Of a DNA stretch of 64,000 nt, positions 12,154 to 24,994 are shown piece by piece. Numbering within the stretch: the first letter of the stretch is position 1; every line of letters starts with the position of its first letter. The notes beneath the pieces were generated by a model. The model did no database searches, was not told the DNA's origin, and saw only the letters and a program-made list of their open reading frames with translations. A program made the translations under genes and the position numbers. The stretch comes from Azolla caroliniana (Eukaryota; Plantae; Polypodiophyta), in assembly GCA_043228905.1 (NCBI GenBank), contig JBHGNT010000017.1:5580001-5644000 (forward strand), in the 5' to 3' direction.

Positions 12154-13134
12154 ATCTTAAATAGATCAACATTAGTGTTCAACAAAAATAAGTTTTTCTA
12201 CTTAATTGAAGCTTTATCATCTATCTCATCTTTCTATCTTGCCCCTTTGTGTCCCCAACATTTCGCTTGTATGTCGCCTCTTCTAGTGTATGCTTCATCA
12301 ATTCCTCTTTCCCAAATATCGACCCTTTCTCATCTCCCACGCCTAATCTTCTACTCATCCCGTCCCCATCCCCTCATGTGCACATATCATCTCTGGAAGT
12401 CGGTGGTTTGATCTAATTCACACCCACCAATGCAATTATGTCAGACTTGATAACTCCAACACCCAAATGGTGACCACTTTGCAATATCTACGATATATAC
12501 ATTATAATGCTCCAAGATTCTTGATACGAGCATAATTGTAACCGTAGTTGTGGACTAATTTGTAAGGATGCAAGGTGAGGATTAAGTTATCTCAATCGTA
12601 TGGTGGGAGATAACTTTAGAGTGTTTCATCACTTGGCTACATTTTATAATAATAAAAAAGTGGTTAGGTAGATTGGTGCCCTTTCTTCCTTACTTCCCCT
12701 CTTTAATTTTGATTACCGGTAATTAAGATTCTAACAATTCTCTAGACGAGATTTGACATTTGACGCAAGCATACTAAGTGATACCAAAGATAAGCCTACA
12801 AGATAAATTTGATGGGAAATGTATGGAATTTTATAAGTTCATCTACCATGCCTAGCTCCCGTCTTCAAACTCAACCTCAATGTTACCTTGATGACTTCAA
12901 GGGGTGGCTCTTTGTGACGAGTCTAACACAAACCTAGTAACTCCAAGTGGCAAAGGCTTCTTCGCCTATTCTTGAGGATCACTCAATTTTTCTTGCCAAA
13001 TTTGAAGTTACCTTTAGATCATAAACTTAATCACAAATTTTAGTTAACAAAATCTATAACCTACAATAAGGCTTTATTGCATTTTTTTTTCCATAAAAAA
13101 TATCCTCCGTCGGTATTAAAATAGTCCACTATTA

Positions 13135-13216
13135 CAACGAATATTGCATGTGAATGTGGTTGCATCAGGTTTTAGACCTGATTTCATCATACATTTGAAA
13201 CATTGGACAACCATAT
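13135..13216 (-). pseudogene. PPR pseudogene, 3' fragment (continuation beyond element C)
   Basis: Minus strand reads MVVQCFKCMMKSGLKPDATTFTCN, a PPR P-to-L motif junction, starting at the end of C's 3' LTR. Confidence 0.7.
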
Positions 13217-14934
13217 TGTAAAGAATCGATGGTGATTCTTGTGCAGCGGAATAGACTAGAGATATGTGTTGTGAGTGTATGTGTATGAGAGAGAGAGAGA
13301 GAGAGAAACATGAGATAGATAGATTTGAACAACAATAGAATATGCAAGACGATGTATATTAGAAAGGAGATTAACCGAACTAATTACAAAGTAGGAGGAG
13401 AGTGCTTTATATAGTCACTCTCTCTCTTCATTAACTACCGAAGCTCATGGGTCTAGAATATGATTCTATGACACATAGTTAATGTGTAGATAAGAGTGGT
13501 GACTTTTGACCTTTGAGTGCACACTCTCAAGGGCGTGTTCACACACTAGACTAGGTTGAGCTTGATTCTCAACATGCCCCCTCAAGCTCAACTTTGGTCG
13601 GCTACTTCGGTTGATGTCCGCTTCGGCTCGTATCCGGTTCGGACGGTATCCGGTTTTCGCTTGTGCTCCCCCTCAAGCTTAGCAAGTAAGGGACCGTCAA
13701 TCCAAGGTCTGACAGGAATTGCCGAAACTTGTCGGCTCCTAGGGCTTTGGTGAAGACGTTGGTTGTCTGAAGATTCGTAGTGATATGTTGAAGGTCGACA
13801 TCGCCAGCCTGAACGTGCTCTCGAATGAAGTGATAGTGCACTTCGGTATGCTTCGTGCGTGTGTGGAACACCGAGTTCCAAGCCAGATAAATACTGCTCA
13901 TGTTGTCGCAGTAAAGGGGAATTAGATCTTTGATGGAAATGCCCAGATCCTTCAATATCCTCTTAAGCCATACGGCTTCACATTCAGCCACCGCCGCACC
14001 TCTCTATTCGGCCTTTGTGCTCGAAAGAGCGACGGTTGGTTGCTTCTTGCTACTCCAGGAGATGGCTCCACTTCTGAGGGAGAAGACAAAACCAGAGGTT
14101 GATCGTCAATCAGCTTTGTAGCTTGCCCAGTCGGCATCTATGTAACCCTCAAGTTGAATTGGCGTGGCCGACTTATAGCAAATGCCATAGTCCATCATTC
14201 CGCTCACGTATCGTAGCACTCTCTTAGCACAATCCAAATGGATATCTCGTGGTGTTTGCATGAACTGGCTAAGAAGCCCGACCGGATAGCTCAGGTCTGG
14301 TCGAGTGATCGTGAGGTAGATGAGACTACCGATCGGTTATCGATACTGAGTCGGCTCACACTTTGTGGTGCCAGAATTGGCATGTCTAGTTTGAGGTTTC
14401 GGTCGAGAAGTGTTGCCAAAAACTTGCACTCAGTCATCCCGAACTTGTATAAAAAGTTGAGAATGTAGTGCCGTTGGGAGATCATAATCTCGGCTGGAGT
14501 CCGAATTACCTCAATGCCAAGGAAGTAGTGGAGCTCTTTCATGTCCATCATCTCGAATTTGTTGGAAAGGAGAGATTTGACCTTGTTGATATCGACTAGA
14601 TGCTCATCTCTAATGACCAGATCATCCACGTACAGGATGATGACGATCGGACTTTCGGAATCGCTTCTTACATAGAGAGAATTGTCTGATTTTGACATTC
14701 AGAAGCCGATTTGATGAAGATATTGTGTTATCTTCAAGTGCCAAGCACGTGGTGCTTGCTTAAGGCCGTAGAGAGGCTTCTTGAGTCGACAGATGGCTTT
14801 CGGATGAATCTTGGATTCGAAACCGTGTCGTTGTATCATGTACACCTCCTCTTCTAATTCACCTTGAAGAAAGACATTCTTGACGTCCATCTGGTGGAGG
14901 TGCCACCCTTTCGCCACTGCAAGTGCAATCACGG

Positions 14935-15335
14935 TGTCGTGAAGAAAACCCGCCATAGGCGGAATCGGAGAAAAAGGCGCATGAACCGGCTCTTACATGG
15001 GTGGACGCGTGAATTGATGTTTTGTACATGATTGATAATTGGATCGGGTGATGTAAATACTAGGTAGTATACATTTATTAGGGGGATTGTGCGTATCTCT
15101 GTCGAAAGGGACAGGGAATAAAGCGGTTTTGTATCGGGCAAAACCACTTTATTCCCTGTCCCTTTCGACAGAGATACGCACAATCCCCCTAATAAATGTA
15201 TACTACCTAGTATTTACATCACCCGATCCAATTATCAATCATGTACAAAACATCAATTCACGCGTCCACCCATGTAAGAGCCGGTTCATGCACCTTTTTC
15301 TCCGATTCCGCCTATGGCCGGTTTTCTTCACGACA
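14935..15335. repeat. 401-bp inverted repeat (197-bp arms, 3 mismatches, 7-nt loop TATCGGG at 15132-15138)
   Basis: Direct comparison of 14935-15131 with the reverse complement of 15139-15335. Confidence 0.97.
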
Positions 15336-15404
15336 TACACCCCCACCAAACCGCGCATCCACCGGCATGCGCCAAAGACGGGTAGATACCGAAGAAAACC
15401 GGCC

Positions 15405-16610
15405 TCACTCGTCGCTCTCCGATTCTTCATCGGGCCCGAACCGATCGTCGTCGTCGCTCTCACTCGCCGGCTCCGGCTCGTCTTCGAACTGCTTCTTGAA
15501 CGCTTTGATCCGCTTCCCGGTCACCAATACTGTTAACTGTGTCCCGTCGAGTTCCGCGAGGTGGTACGTGCCGTTGTCGTTCGCGCTCGTCACCGTGTAG
15601 GGCCCGAACCATCTCCTAGCGAAATTTCGCACCGCCTTGTGCTGATTGTCGAGGCTGTTGTCGTATACCAAGACCCAGTCGCCTTCCTCGATCTTCTTTG
15701 GTCGCAACTGGTGCGTCCGGTTGAACCGGGTCTTGTTCCACTCCCTTGCCGCCCGCAACTTTTCCTTCGCCCGTTTCACGTCCTCCGGCCTCCGCTTCGA
15801 GTTGTCGAATCCGCGTCGCCAGCAACTCCTCCCGGCTCATCTCGTCCTTCCAATCTACCGCCGCCCATGAAGAAACCGTCTATTCCACCGGGATGATCGG
15901 CTTCTATCCGTACATCAGCTCTGCCAGCATAAACCCTATCACCGAACTGTGCGTAGTTCGGTCCGCCCATAGTGCATAAGGAAGGAGCCGCAGCCAATTC
16001 CCGACCTGCCCTCCACATGCACGCACCAACGCCTTTACGATCGGCTCGTGCCCATGTTCTACCTTCCCGTTCGTCTCCGGATTGTACGTCGTAGTGAGGG
16101 AGAGTTTGACCCCTAGCCGGTCGAACAGCTCCTTAGCTTCCCGCGCATCCAGCTCTCCCTGGTCCGCCACGATCCTCCCGACGCACCCGTACCGACACAC
16201 TACCTCTTCGATCAGGAACCGGCATACCGCCGTGGTTGTCTTGTTCTGCAGTGCACGGCCTTCCATCTGGTTCGTTAAGTCTTCCCGCGCAAGCACCAGG
16301 TATCGCATCTGTCCTACTCCCATCGGCATCGTCACCAAGTCCACCATCCACTTGAAATGGACCGCAGGTGGATAAGTCGGGTGTAACTCGTCCCGATGTC
16401 GGACTACGGAGTGCATCTGATAGCTTTCGCAAGTCGTTACGAACCGATGCACATCCTGGTACAGCCCCAGCCACCAATACTTCTCCATCAACTTCTCGAA
16501 CGTGGCCCACGTTCCACGGTGCCCGGCCCAGGGACTCTCGTGAAATGCCGCCAGTAGTTCCTCCTATTCTTCTTTCTCTGCCACTACTCGGAGCGGGGTT
16601 CCATTTCTTT
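15405..16610 (-). pseudogene. Gypsy integrase fragment (HHCC Zn finger, DDE core, GPY motif)
   Basis: FHESPWAGHRG...TCES; WMVDLV...AREDLT...IVADQGEL...YNPETNGKVE...ALWADRTT; RWFGPYTV. Followed on minus by a G-rich PPT (15336-15350) and the LTR start, i.e. the integrase-last gypsy order. Confidence 0.88.
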
Positions 16611-19600
16611 CTCTTTCCTTCTCTCTTTTGCATATCTGCAAATCCCGGTTCAAGGCTCCTCGGAGCGGGGTTCCGTTTCTTTCTCTTTCCTTCTCTCTCT
16701 CTCTCTCTCGCTCCTCAGTTCAAGGCCCCTGTAGTCCCGCCTCTTTCTACACGCACGAGCGTAACAACGAGAGAAGGAAGAAAAGGAATCGTGCGTTAGG
16801 GAGGACGAAGTGTTGCAAGACCGAGTGCCGAGCTCTCTCTACTCCTCCGATCGTCATTCTCTATGGGTGCTGGGAGTTCGACGCCTCTGCTTCGTGGGTA
16901 GCCCGTGCGCTGCCAGCAGAGGCTCTCCCTTCTACGCTTCTTATTTTTAGGGGTCCAACGTGTTCTGTCTGTGTGCGTGAGTAGGATCCCCATGTCGGGT
17001 CCATCACCGCCTTGCTGGTTGTAATCATCAGAGTTTGTAATCTCTTGATATTGTAATCGACTGTTATTGTAACTAAGTGTTCCGTTTTTTTTTCCTTCCT
17101 TCTCCCTTCTGTGTATATGCAAATCTCTTCTCCTCTCCTCTTCTCTCTCTCTCTCTCTCTCTCGCTCCTCGGTTCAAGGCCCCCGTGGTCCCGCCCCTTT
17201 CTACACGCACATGCGTAACTTCGCGACAACGGTCCGCACAATCGTCATCTTTGCCACCAAAGCAAAGGTCTCTTCATAATCGACTCCATGTGTTTGTGCG
17301 TAGCCCTTTGCTACGAGTCGAGCTTTGTAGTGGTTGATGGAACTGTCGGCATTATACTTCACTTTGTATATCCATCTGCAACCGATTGCCTTCTTCTAGT
17401 GTGAGTGTGGGACAAGATCCCATGGCTTGTTCTTGCTGAGAGCTTGCATCTCCTCGTTCATCACTTCGACCCATCACGGATCTTTAGCGGCTTCGGTCAA
17501 GCTCTCTGGTTCTCGAACTACTACCACCTTCATCATAAAGGCATAATGGTATGCCATATAATCATTGTAGCTGAATGGCTAACATGATTCTTCTCACGGG
17601 TGGAGTGACGAAGGTTTTCATTTGTCGATGTAAGTGCCTTCTTAACTCCGGGTGACCTCAAAAGAGGCATATCAAAGCCATCGAACTCACTATCGAGTGA
17701 GTGAGTCGATTCGTTGCCATCGTCTGCATATTCCAGCATTTTGGCTTTCCCTTTGTCCATCTTTGGACTTGGCCGAGATGTGCTTTGATTGCTTGGAGGT
17801 TCTTGCAGTCCGCTCAATTTGGTTGAGATAGGACTCTCCTCGGGTATTGACCTTAGTTGATCATCATCTGTGATGTCGAGGTCGTTAGATGATTCAGGAG
17901 GAATCGGCTCGGGTTTGTACCATGATGTTGATTCATCAAAGATGACATCCCGACTTACACGAACCTTCCGAGTAGAGGGTTTATAGCACGTGTACCCCTT
18001 TTGTTCCAGTGAGTATCCTACAAGGATACATTTCTCCGACTTCAGGTCGAGCTTTTGTCACTTCTCGTTGGGGATGTGCACGTATGCAATGGAGCCGAAT
18101 ATCCGAACATGTGACAGATCCGGCTTCTCGTGTGGAGTAAGTTCGTGCACACCCGATGTCGTACACTGATTCATGAGGTATACGGCCGTGTTAGGTGCTT
18201 CTACCCAGTACGACTTTGGCACGTGCTTTTCGTTCATCATAGACTGTGCTACTTTAAGGATGTGCCGATTCTTTCGTTCGGTCACTCCATTTTGTTGCGG
18301 TGTGTGTCGACAAGTGAATTCTCGCCGAATTCCTTCTTTTCGAAGCTATGCTGTGAACGCATCGGAGAAGTATTCCTTTCCTCCGTCTGACCAAAGACAT
18401 CATACATGACGCCCAGTTGTCTTTTCGATTTCGCTTTTGAATTTTTGGAAGTGTGTAAACACTTCGCTCTTCATCCTCATGGGAAAGATCCATGTGTATC
18501 TAGAGAAGTCGTAGATGAAGGTAACATAGTATCGACATCCTCCGAACGTAGCCGTGTGTGCCTGTCCCCACACATCCAAGTGGACTACGTCCAATAGGCC
18601 TTTGCTCACGTTCCTCTCCTTCGGGAACGGGTGCCGATGTTGCTTGCCGAATTGGCATGCTTCACATACTTCTTCAATCTCTTTCTCTTTGAAGGTCAGA
18701 GATTGATATGGCCGATTCTTTTATGCCATAGCTCTATGTCAGTGTCGGATTTGAGGCCCTTTGCGTGCATGGCCGATTTCATCTCGTTTAACTTGAGGAT
18801 AAACATTCTACCTTCCCTTCGACCCCGAGCGATGAGTTGGCCTTGGTTGAATTGAACTTGCATCCCTTGCTCCACTATTTGGCCGACTGAGACCAAATTC
18901 TTCGTTATGGTGGGTACATGTAATACATTTTTTATGCAAGTTTGTTCATCGTCTTCCCCCAATGGGACATTGCCAATATGTCGAATAGGATGAGTGGTGT
19001 CATCTCCGGTCTCGACATAACCGGGTCGATCCGGCTCTCGTAAGTCTCAGAACCATTCTTGACGGGACGTCATATGGTTCGAAGCACCGGAGTCGACGAA
19101 CCATACATCTTCCGGATTGGAGGCTTTAGTTTAAGTAGAGGCTGACATAGAATTTGCTCTATGTCTCATCACGATCATTCCGCCAAGGTCTTCACAATCG
19201 GAGTTAGTGACATAAATTGTGAGTTGTCAGCTTGTGGAAGCCGACTCACGCTTCTTCTTCCGGCATTCTTCTTCATGATGGCCGATTTTTCCGCAATATC
19301 CGCATTCAATTGAGTTTTGTCGACTCGAACCGGAATGGAAGCTCCCCCTCCTTCCAAAGGTTCCTCGATGGCTTCCGTCTTGTTGCCGAAATTGGGAGTT
19401 GTTGTCGTAAGTCGTACCTCGTCCGCCGCCTCGTCCTTGGCCGAATCAGCCTCTTGCTCGGCCGGGTCCTCTTCCTCCATTCGAATGCGTGTAGAGCATG
19501 TGGCCTTCCGAGGCGTTGCTCCTTGTTCGAACATGATTCTCTTCAACCAATAACATAGATTGAAGATCGAAGTATGGTGGATTCTCCCGTACTAGTACGG

Positions 19601-20096
19601 CGGTCCGCATCGCGCCGAATCGTGGTGCAACGCTGCCGAGGCATATTTGCACCATTTCGTCATCCTCCACATTGACGCTTATTGAGCTGAGTGCATCACA
19701 AAGCTCCTTGATCTTCAAGGTGTAGCTTGTGATGGACATTTCCCTTTGTTGGATGTTGTTCAACTCTTGGCGGAGTTGAAGCTTCCTCGCGGTCGTGTTG
19801 GCGGCGAAAATCTTTCGTAGATTTTCCCACACTTCCTTCGGCATCTCGGCTTCTCGAATGTAACTGAGCATGTGGTCGTGAACACATGTCGCCAAGCAAT
19901 ACATTACTCGACTCGCCGCTTGCTCTCATGTTGCATAGTCGGCGTCTTTCGGATCGGGCCGGTTTTCTTGTGCTCCTTTGATGTAGCTCGAATAGCCTTG
20001 ACCGACAAGGTATTGATGCATCTTGTACTCCCAAGGTGCGAAGTTGTTTCGGTCCAACTTCTCGCTAGGGAGAACGCTCCCCATTTGACTATTCAT

Positions 20097-20960
20097 GGTG
20101 TTCGATATTTTGTGCTTCTTTGATGCTACCACATTTGCTATATGTATCTACAAGCATGTTTTTGACTAGGATCTCTCTCTCATATCCCTTCTCAATGATT
20201 TTCATGTGTGTTTCATGTGGCCTACCTACAACTCCTGAGCCTCCACATGCTTTCAAGATGGAAACTAAGGTTGCAACACTTGGAGCTTGATTCTCTAGCT
20301 ACATTATGTGTAAACACATTAATGCCTCTTGACTAAATCCATTATCAACATATCCAAAAAGTAGAACATTCCATAACACATAATGTTGTGCAGAGAGACC
20401 CTTGAAGATAATCCATGCTTCATGGGCTACACTGACCAAACTGCTTCCAACAAAAAGACCTTTTTCATATCCTTTCTAAAGGATTGCAGTATGTATTTTT
20501 TGCCTTCATTGAGAGCATAAATGCTACTACATGCTTTTAAGACAACAACATGTATGCCCCAATACACAAGTATATTTTCTATATACATTTTTTATATACA
20601 GTTTCCTACATGTGAGCTATATCCACAATCTAAGAGTCCAGTAATTAGGGCATTCCATGAGATGCCATCATGTTTATACTTATAAAAAACCATACATGCA
20701 TCTAGAAGATACTCGCATTTTCCATACATGTCAACCAACATACTAGCAATAAACATATCATTCTCATATCCCGCCAATAAGATCTGGATATGTATGTTTG
20801 TCCAAGAATAATTTACTTCAAATTGCCACAAGCTCTCACTATACATGGCAATGTGATAACATTAGGAAATAAACCATCCAACTAAATCTGTGTAAAACAA
20901 TGTAGCGCTTTGTCATCTAGCCCAAACTCGGCATATAAAGCTTTATTGCATTATTTGCAA
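20097..20960 (-). pseudogene. PLS-class PPR pseudogene, 5' part
   Basis: Frameshifted motifs such as GYENDMFIASMLVDMYGKC..L.DACMVF, ISWNALITG and LVDTYSKCGSIKEAQNI; upstream boundary approximate. Confidence 0.8.
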
Positions 20961-23355
20961 TGTGGAAGGGCACATAGCTTAGGTTTGCCAAGCAAATCAA
21001 AGATTATAGCAAGTGGTCATTGTGGCTCCTATAATTATTGATATAGATATAATTTATTGAAGAGCGAGATCTTTCTTCGCATCACATACACTCCTCAAAA
21101 ATATATCTTGATAATGAAAAACTTTATCCTCTCAATTGGTTGAAGTGATTGAAGAACTCTCAATCTACTCTAATGTTATTACCCATAAGATATTCCCAAG
21201 GTAAATAATGTTTCTGTGGATGAGGTGTCAAATGATAAAGAGAACGGAGCTCTTTTGGGTAGTGAAACTACGGTTGAAAGCATTCACTTTAAGATGTCAA
21301 ATCTAAATATTGACCTGCTTACCGATTTGAAGATTGAGAGTGGTGGCAATGGCGGGCATATTGAAGAAGTGAATCTTGATGATAACATACAGGCCAAAAA
21401 TATAATGATAGATTCAGGATCATCAAAGATTGCTTCCAACATGGCTGCAATGAAGACACTCTTGATTTCTTCAACCAGTTGCACAATGCGTATTGGATGA
21501 CATCACATACAATTGTATCTTCAAGGCCTATATTACCAGGACAACCATCAATAAAGGAACAAAGATTTATGATGACATTCTAAAGAAAGACATGTTGGAG
21601 GGAAAAACTAAATATCACTATGTATGTGAAATATGGAATGCAGGATAGGTCTTAAGAATTCGTTGATGAACTTTTGGTTTGGAATGTAGTCTCAAGAGCC
21701 CATTGTTGGTTGCACGAGTGTTCGATAGTTTGTTAGTTAATTATGTTGAATTTTTGTAATACTGGACTGTTTTGTTATATATTACCTTTGGCCACTTTAT
21801 TTAATACCAATGGAGGATATTTTTATGGGGAAAAAAAGATATTCCCAAGGAACCTTTGTCTTGGTTTCAATGGGGAAATATATTTTGCTCAGCCTCATCT
21901 AGTCTCCCCAACATCTTATCATCATTGGACACACAACCTACTTGTTGGTTGGTGAACTTATTCCATCGACATTTTTGCAGAAAACGTTGTCAATCCTATC
22001 TTGTTCTATTGGCCTTTGTGAGACCACTCCAACCCAAGTTTGACAAGTTTCTTCGAGTCCTCTTGGAATTGATGTTCCATTAAGTGAAGAAAAGGAGAAC
22101 CCTTAATTTATGAAAGGTGAATATTTTTGGAGACTAGTCTAGAACAACTGGGAGGAGGTTAAAAAGTATAAAAGCAAAGGAGGGGTTTAGGTCTTCCTTT
22201 TTGTGCTAATTCTCAATGGCCGCTCAACTAATCTACAAGCTCCTTCACTTCTTGAGCTAGTTTTCAAGGGTCTTGATACTACACGATATGCATCATATTC
22301 TAATTGTCAAGGTTACTAAGGAAATAAAGCTTTCCCTTAGCAAACTCTCTGAACTATTGTAATAGTGTATCTACAATCTAAACCAAGGATTCTACTCAAC
22401 CCACAATTGATTTTCATTTAATTTCTACAATATTAAAATTGGTTCAGTTGGTTTACTATAATAAATCCATCGCTTTTTAATTTCTATCTAGTCAAACACT
22501 GTCATAGTCTAATCTCCTCTTATTCCTATATCTTTCTTGATTTGAAACCGCAATACTTTAGCCTCAGAATGGAAGTCTTGAGTTGATGTCCCGTTTGTCT
22601 CTGCAGGCCAATTTCAACCCATTGTTTGAGAGCTCTTCTATTCGATGATCCATCCACCTCCTCGAGTATGTAATTCATGGCAAAAAAGGAAAGCAAAGGA
22701 AATAAAAGGAGAAAGTTGTCACAAAGGAAGTACTAATTTCCAAAGGATAAATCTATACATGGACATGAATTGGCGATGGTATTATTTTATCTTAACTTAG
22801 GATTTTGCATTACGTCAACATAGAGTTTCTACTTTCTACTTTGTGACATTAAGGTCACGTGTTCAAGCTTATAGCATAGGGTTTGATCTCACGTTTTTTA
22901 CAATTCATTATAAACCTTGTATGAGATCATGAACAATCAAATAGAAAGTCTAATAAAATTTTAGTTTGAGATCATAACACTAATAATTTGTTGCCAAAGG
23001 TTGTTTTTCAATGTAGTTAAAACAAACAACATTGCTCTTAAATAATCGCAATGCTCATTATTGCAAGCTACATTGTTGTACTATGAATATGAGATAGTTG
23101 AAGAACCTGACCAAATTGGAGGAGCGTGCCATATGGAAACCAATGAAGGTACAATTGCACAACAGTGCATGTGGTTAGTGTATGAACTAATGGAGAGAAG
23201 TAGTAAAAGGGGATTGAGGGATGGAACCTTATGATTAAAGGGCATTGGCATTAAGTGGAGATATGCAAATTGACAAATGGTTTCTAATTGTACTTCACTT
23301 CTTTGTGTATTTAAACAATTTATTTTATATTTTGCTATGTGTTGTTTTTTTTAAT

Positions 23356-23357
<2 letters not shown>

Positions 23358-23425
<68 letters not shown>
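23358..23425. repeat. (CT)n microsatellite
   Basis: About 33 uninterrupted dinucleotide units. Confidence 0.95.
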
Positions 23426-23428
<3 letters not shown>

Positions 23429-24890
23429 CACCAATTGCTTAATGCATCTACAAGACACATTTTATAGAAACCTCAAAAAGTTTATGTAAATTGCGTGTGC
23501 ACATTTGTTGTCCACCTTTTCTTGTACATATATTTGAAGTTTGATGATAGTTGTACATAGCTCATGAGCTAGTGTGGAATATGCTCATATATGAGGCCTT
23601 ATATACGGTTTCCCAAGCTCGTGGAAGATGTCTTTAGTAAGCTAAATATTGCATAACTTAATTGTAAAGAGGGAATTATTGAGAATGTATGCAATCCATG
23701 AAACACGTTTTATATGATAAAGAACATGGCATTAACACAATGAGTTCATGTAGCAGGTTCACTTGGCGGCCAATATTTGTTAACCGATCTTTCTATAGTG
23801 AACACACCACAATTGTGTGCACATAGGTTTGCAAATATGGACATGGAATCATCTCGGTGTCATTTTTGAGGCAAAAATTAGCGGGATACGTGACAATAGA
23901 TCTATCAAGGATGAATGATAGGACTTCAATAGCTGGAATATTGTCCAAATTGTAGGTACCACCAACATGCTCTATTTTTTTTTCTTTAAAATTAAGGCGT
24001 TGTCTCGATAAGAGAATTGCAAATTGTGTGAGGTATGTGGACTGCCTTGTAGTTAGACAAAACCTCTTTTGTTTTGTTTTGTTTTGTTTTGTACATGAAA
24101 TAGGATCATGTGGTAGATGAGAATTTTTAGGGGAGGGGCAAAATAGTGAAAACATTTCTATTTAATGATAGGCTTGAATTGCGGGGATTAATAAAATAAA
24201 ATAATCATTGAGAAAGCCAACATTAATACATAAAATAAAAACAAATGAAAACTAAGGGTCAACTCTCCAATTGAGTGCTCTCTCTCTCTCACATCATCCT
24301 TTTTGTACTAGTCACTCAAGCTTCTCACTCCTCCTCACATGTCCTCAGTGTAATGTCCAAAACACTAGGGTTCTGAACTATGAGCTTTTCATGTACTGTT
24401 GCCCGTGCAAGTTCCACATATCAATAACTGTTACCAGTTCGTTCGTGCTAGTTGTCCCTCGAATGCCACTTAATGTGCATCAAGACCAAGTTTCCATTGC
24501 GTTAATGAAAGAATCCAACCATTCCAACATGATCATGGTTCCTTAACTCAATGCTCAAGATTGTGTTCTTTTTATGTGTGAGGTCGCACATGTATAACTA
24601 CCTACGTACATTGGCTTGGCATATGTGAACAAACTTTTAGCTGGTTGAAGTTTCCTTATGCTAAGTAGCCATTTGGGAGAATGTTTTTTTCATTCTCAGC
24701 CAGTCATGCTCAACATTATGAACTTCTTGCAAGTGAGGCTCTGCAATACAAGTGAGGTTCTTTGTGTGTGAAAGAGCTACCCCCCCACATGTTCAATAGA
24801 CAATGTTTAACCTAATACGCTTATGTATGTGATGCTTTGCATACTTGACTAGGTTTTGAGGCACCTAGGGATTGGCGATTGCTTGTACGC

Positions 24891-24994
24891 CATTGTTTCC
24901 ATATGTGAATCACAAACTTTCTCAACTTGTTCCCCTAGTACAACCATTGTTTCCATATGTGAATCACAAACTTTCTTGACTTGTTTCCCTAGTA
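24891..24994. repeat. Tandem duplication, ~55-bp unit x2
   Basis: CATTGTTTCCATATGTGAATCACAAACTTTCT..ACTTGTT.CCCTAGTAC twice. Confidence 0.9.

Larger units (their letters stand above)
14935..17228 (+). mobile_element. Rearranged Ty3/gypsy element G (LTR ends in + orientation; internal integrase-PPT-U3 segment inverted)
   Basis: Ends TGTCGTGAAG...CTTCGCGACA with a 4-bp TSD ACGG (14931-14934 / 17229-17232); the RT sequence of host C rejoins cleanly. 14935-15122 and ~16770-17228 match the two halves of solo LTR F. Confidence 0.9.
13217..20096 (-). mobile_element. Ty1/copia element C (same family as B); 5' LTR, PBS and leader deleted; host of G
   Basis: 3' LTR 13217-13574; PPT 13575-13586; RH/RT/INT/PR/gag fragments on minus; homology to B ends at the gag ATG (20096). 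Confidence 0.92.

Noticed and set aside
21216-22200. ORF 21216-21500 and neighbours as a gene or LINE remnant
   Set aside because: No motif I can identify with confidence; left unannotated.
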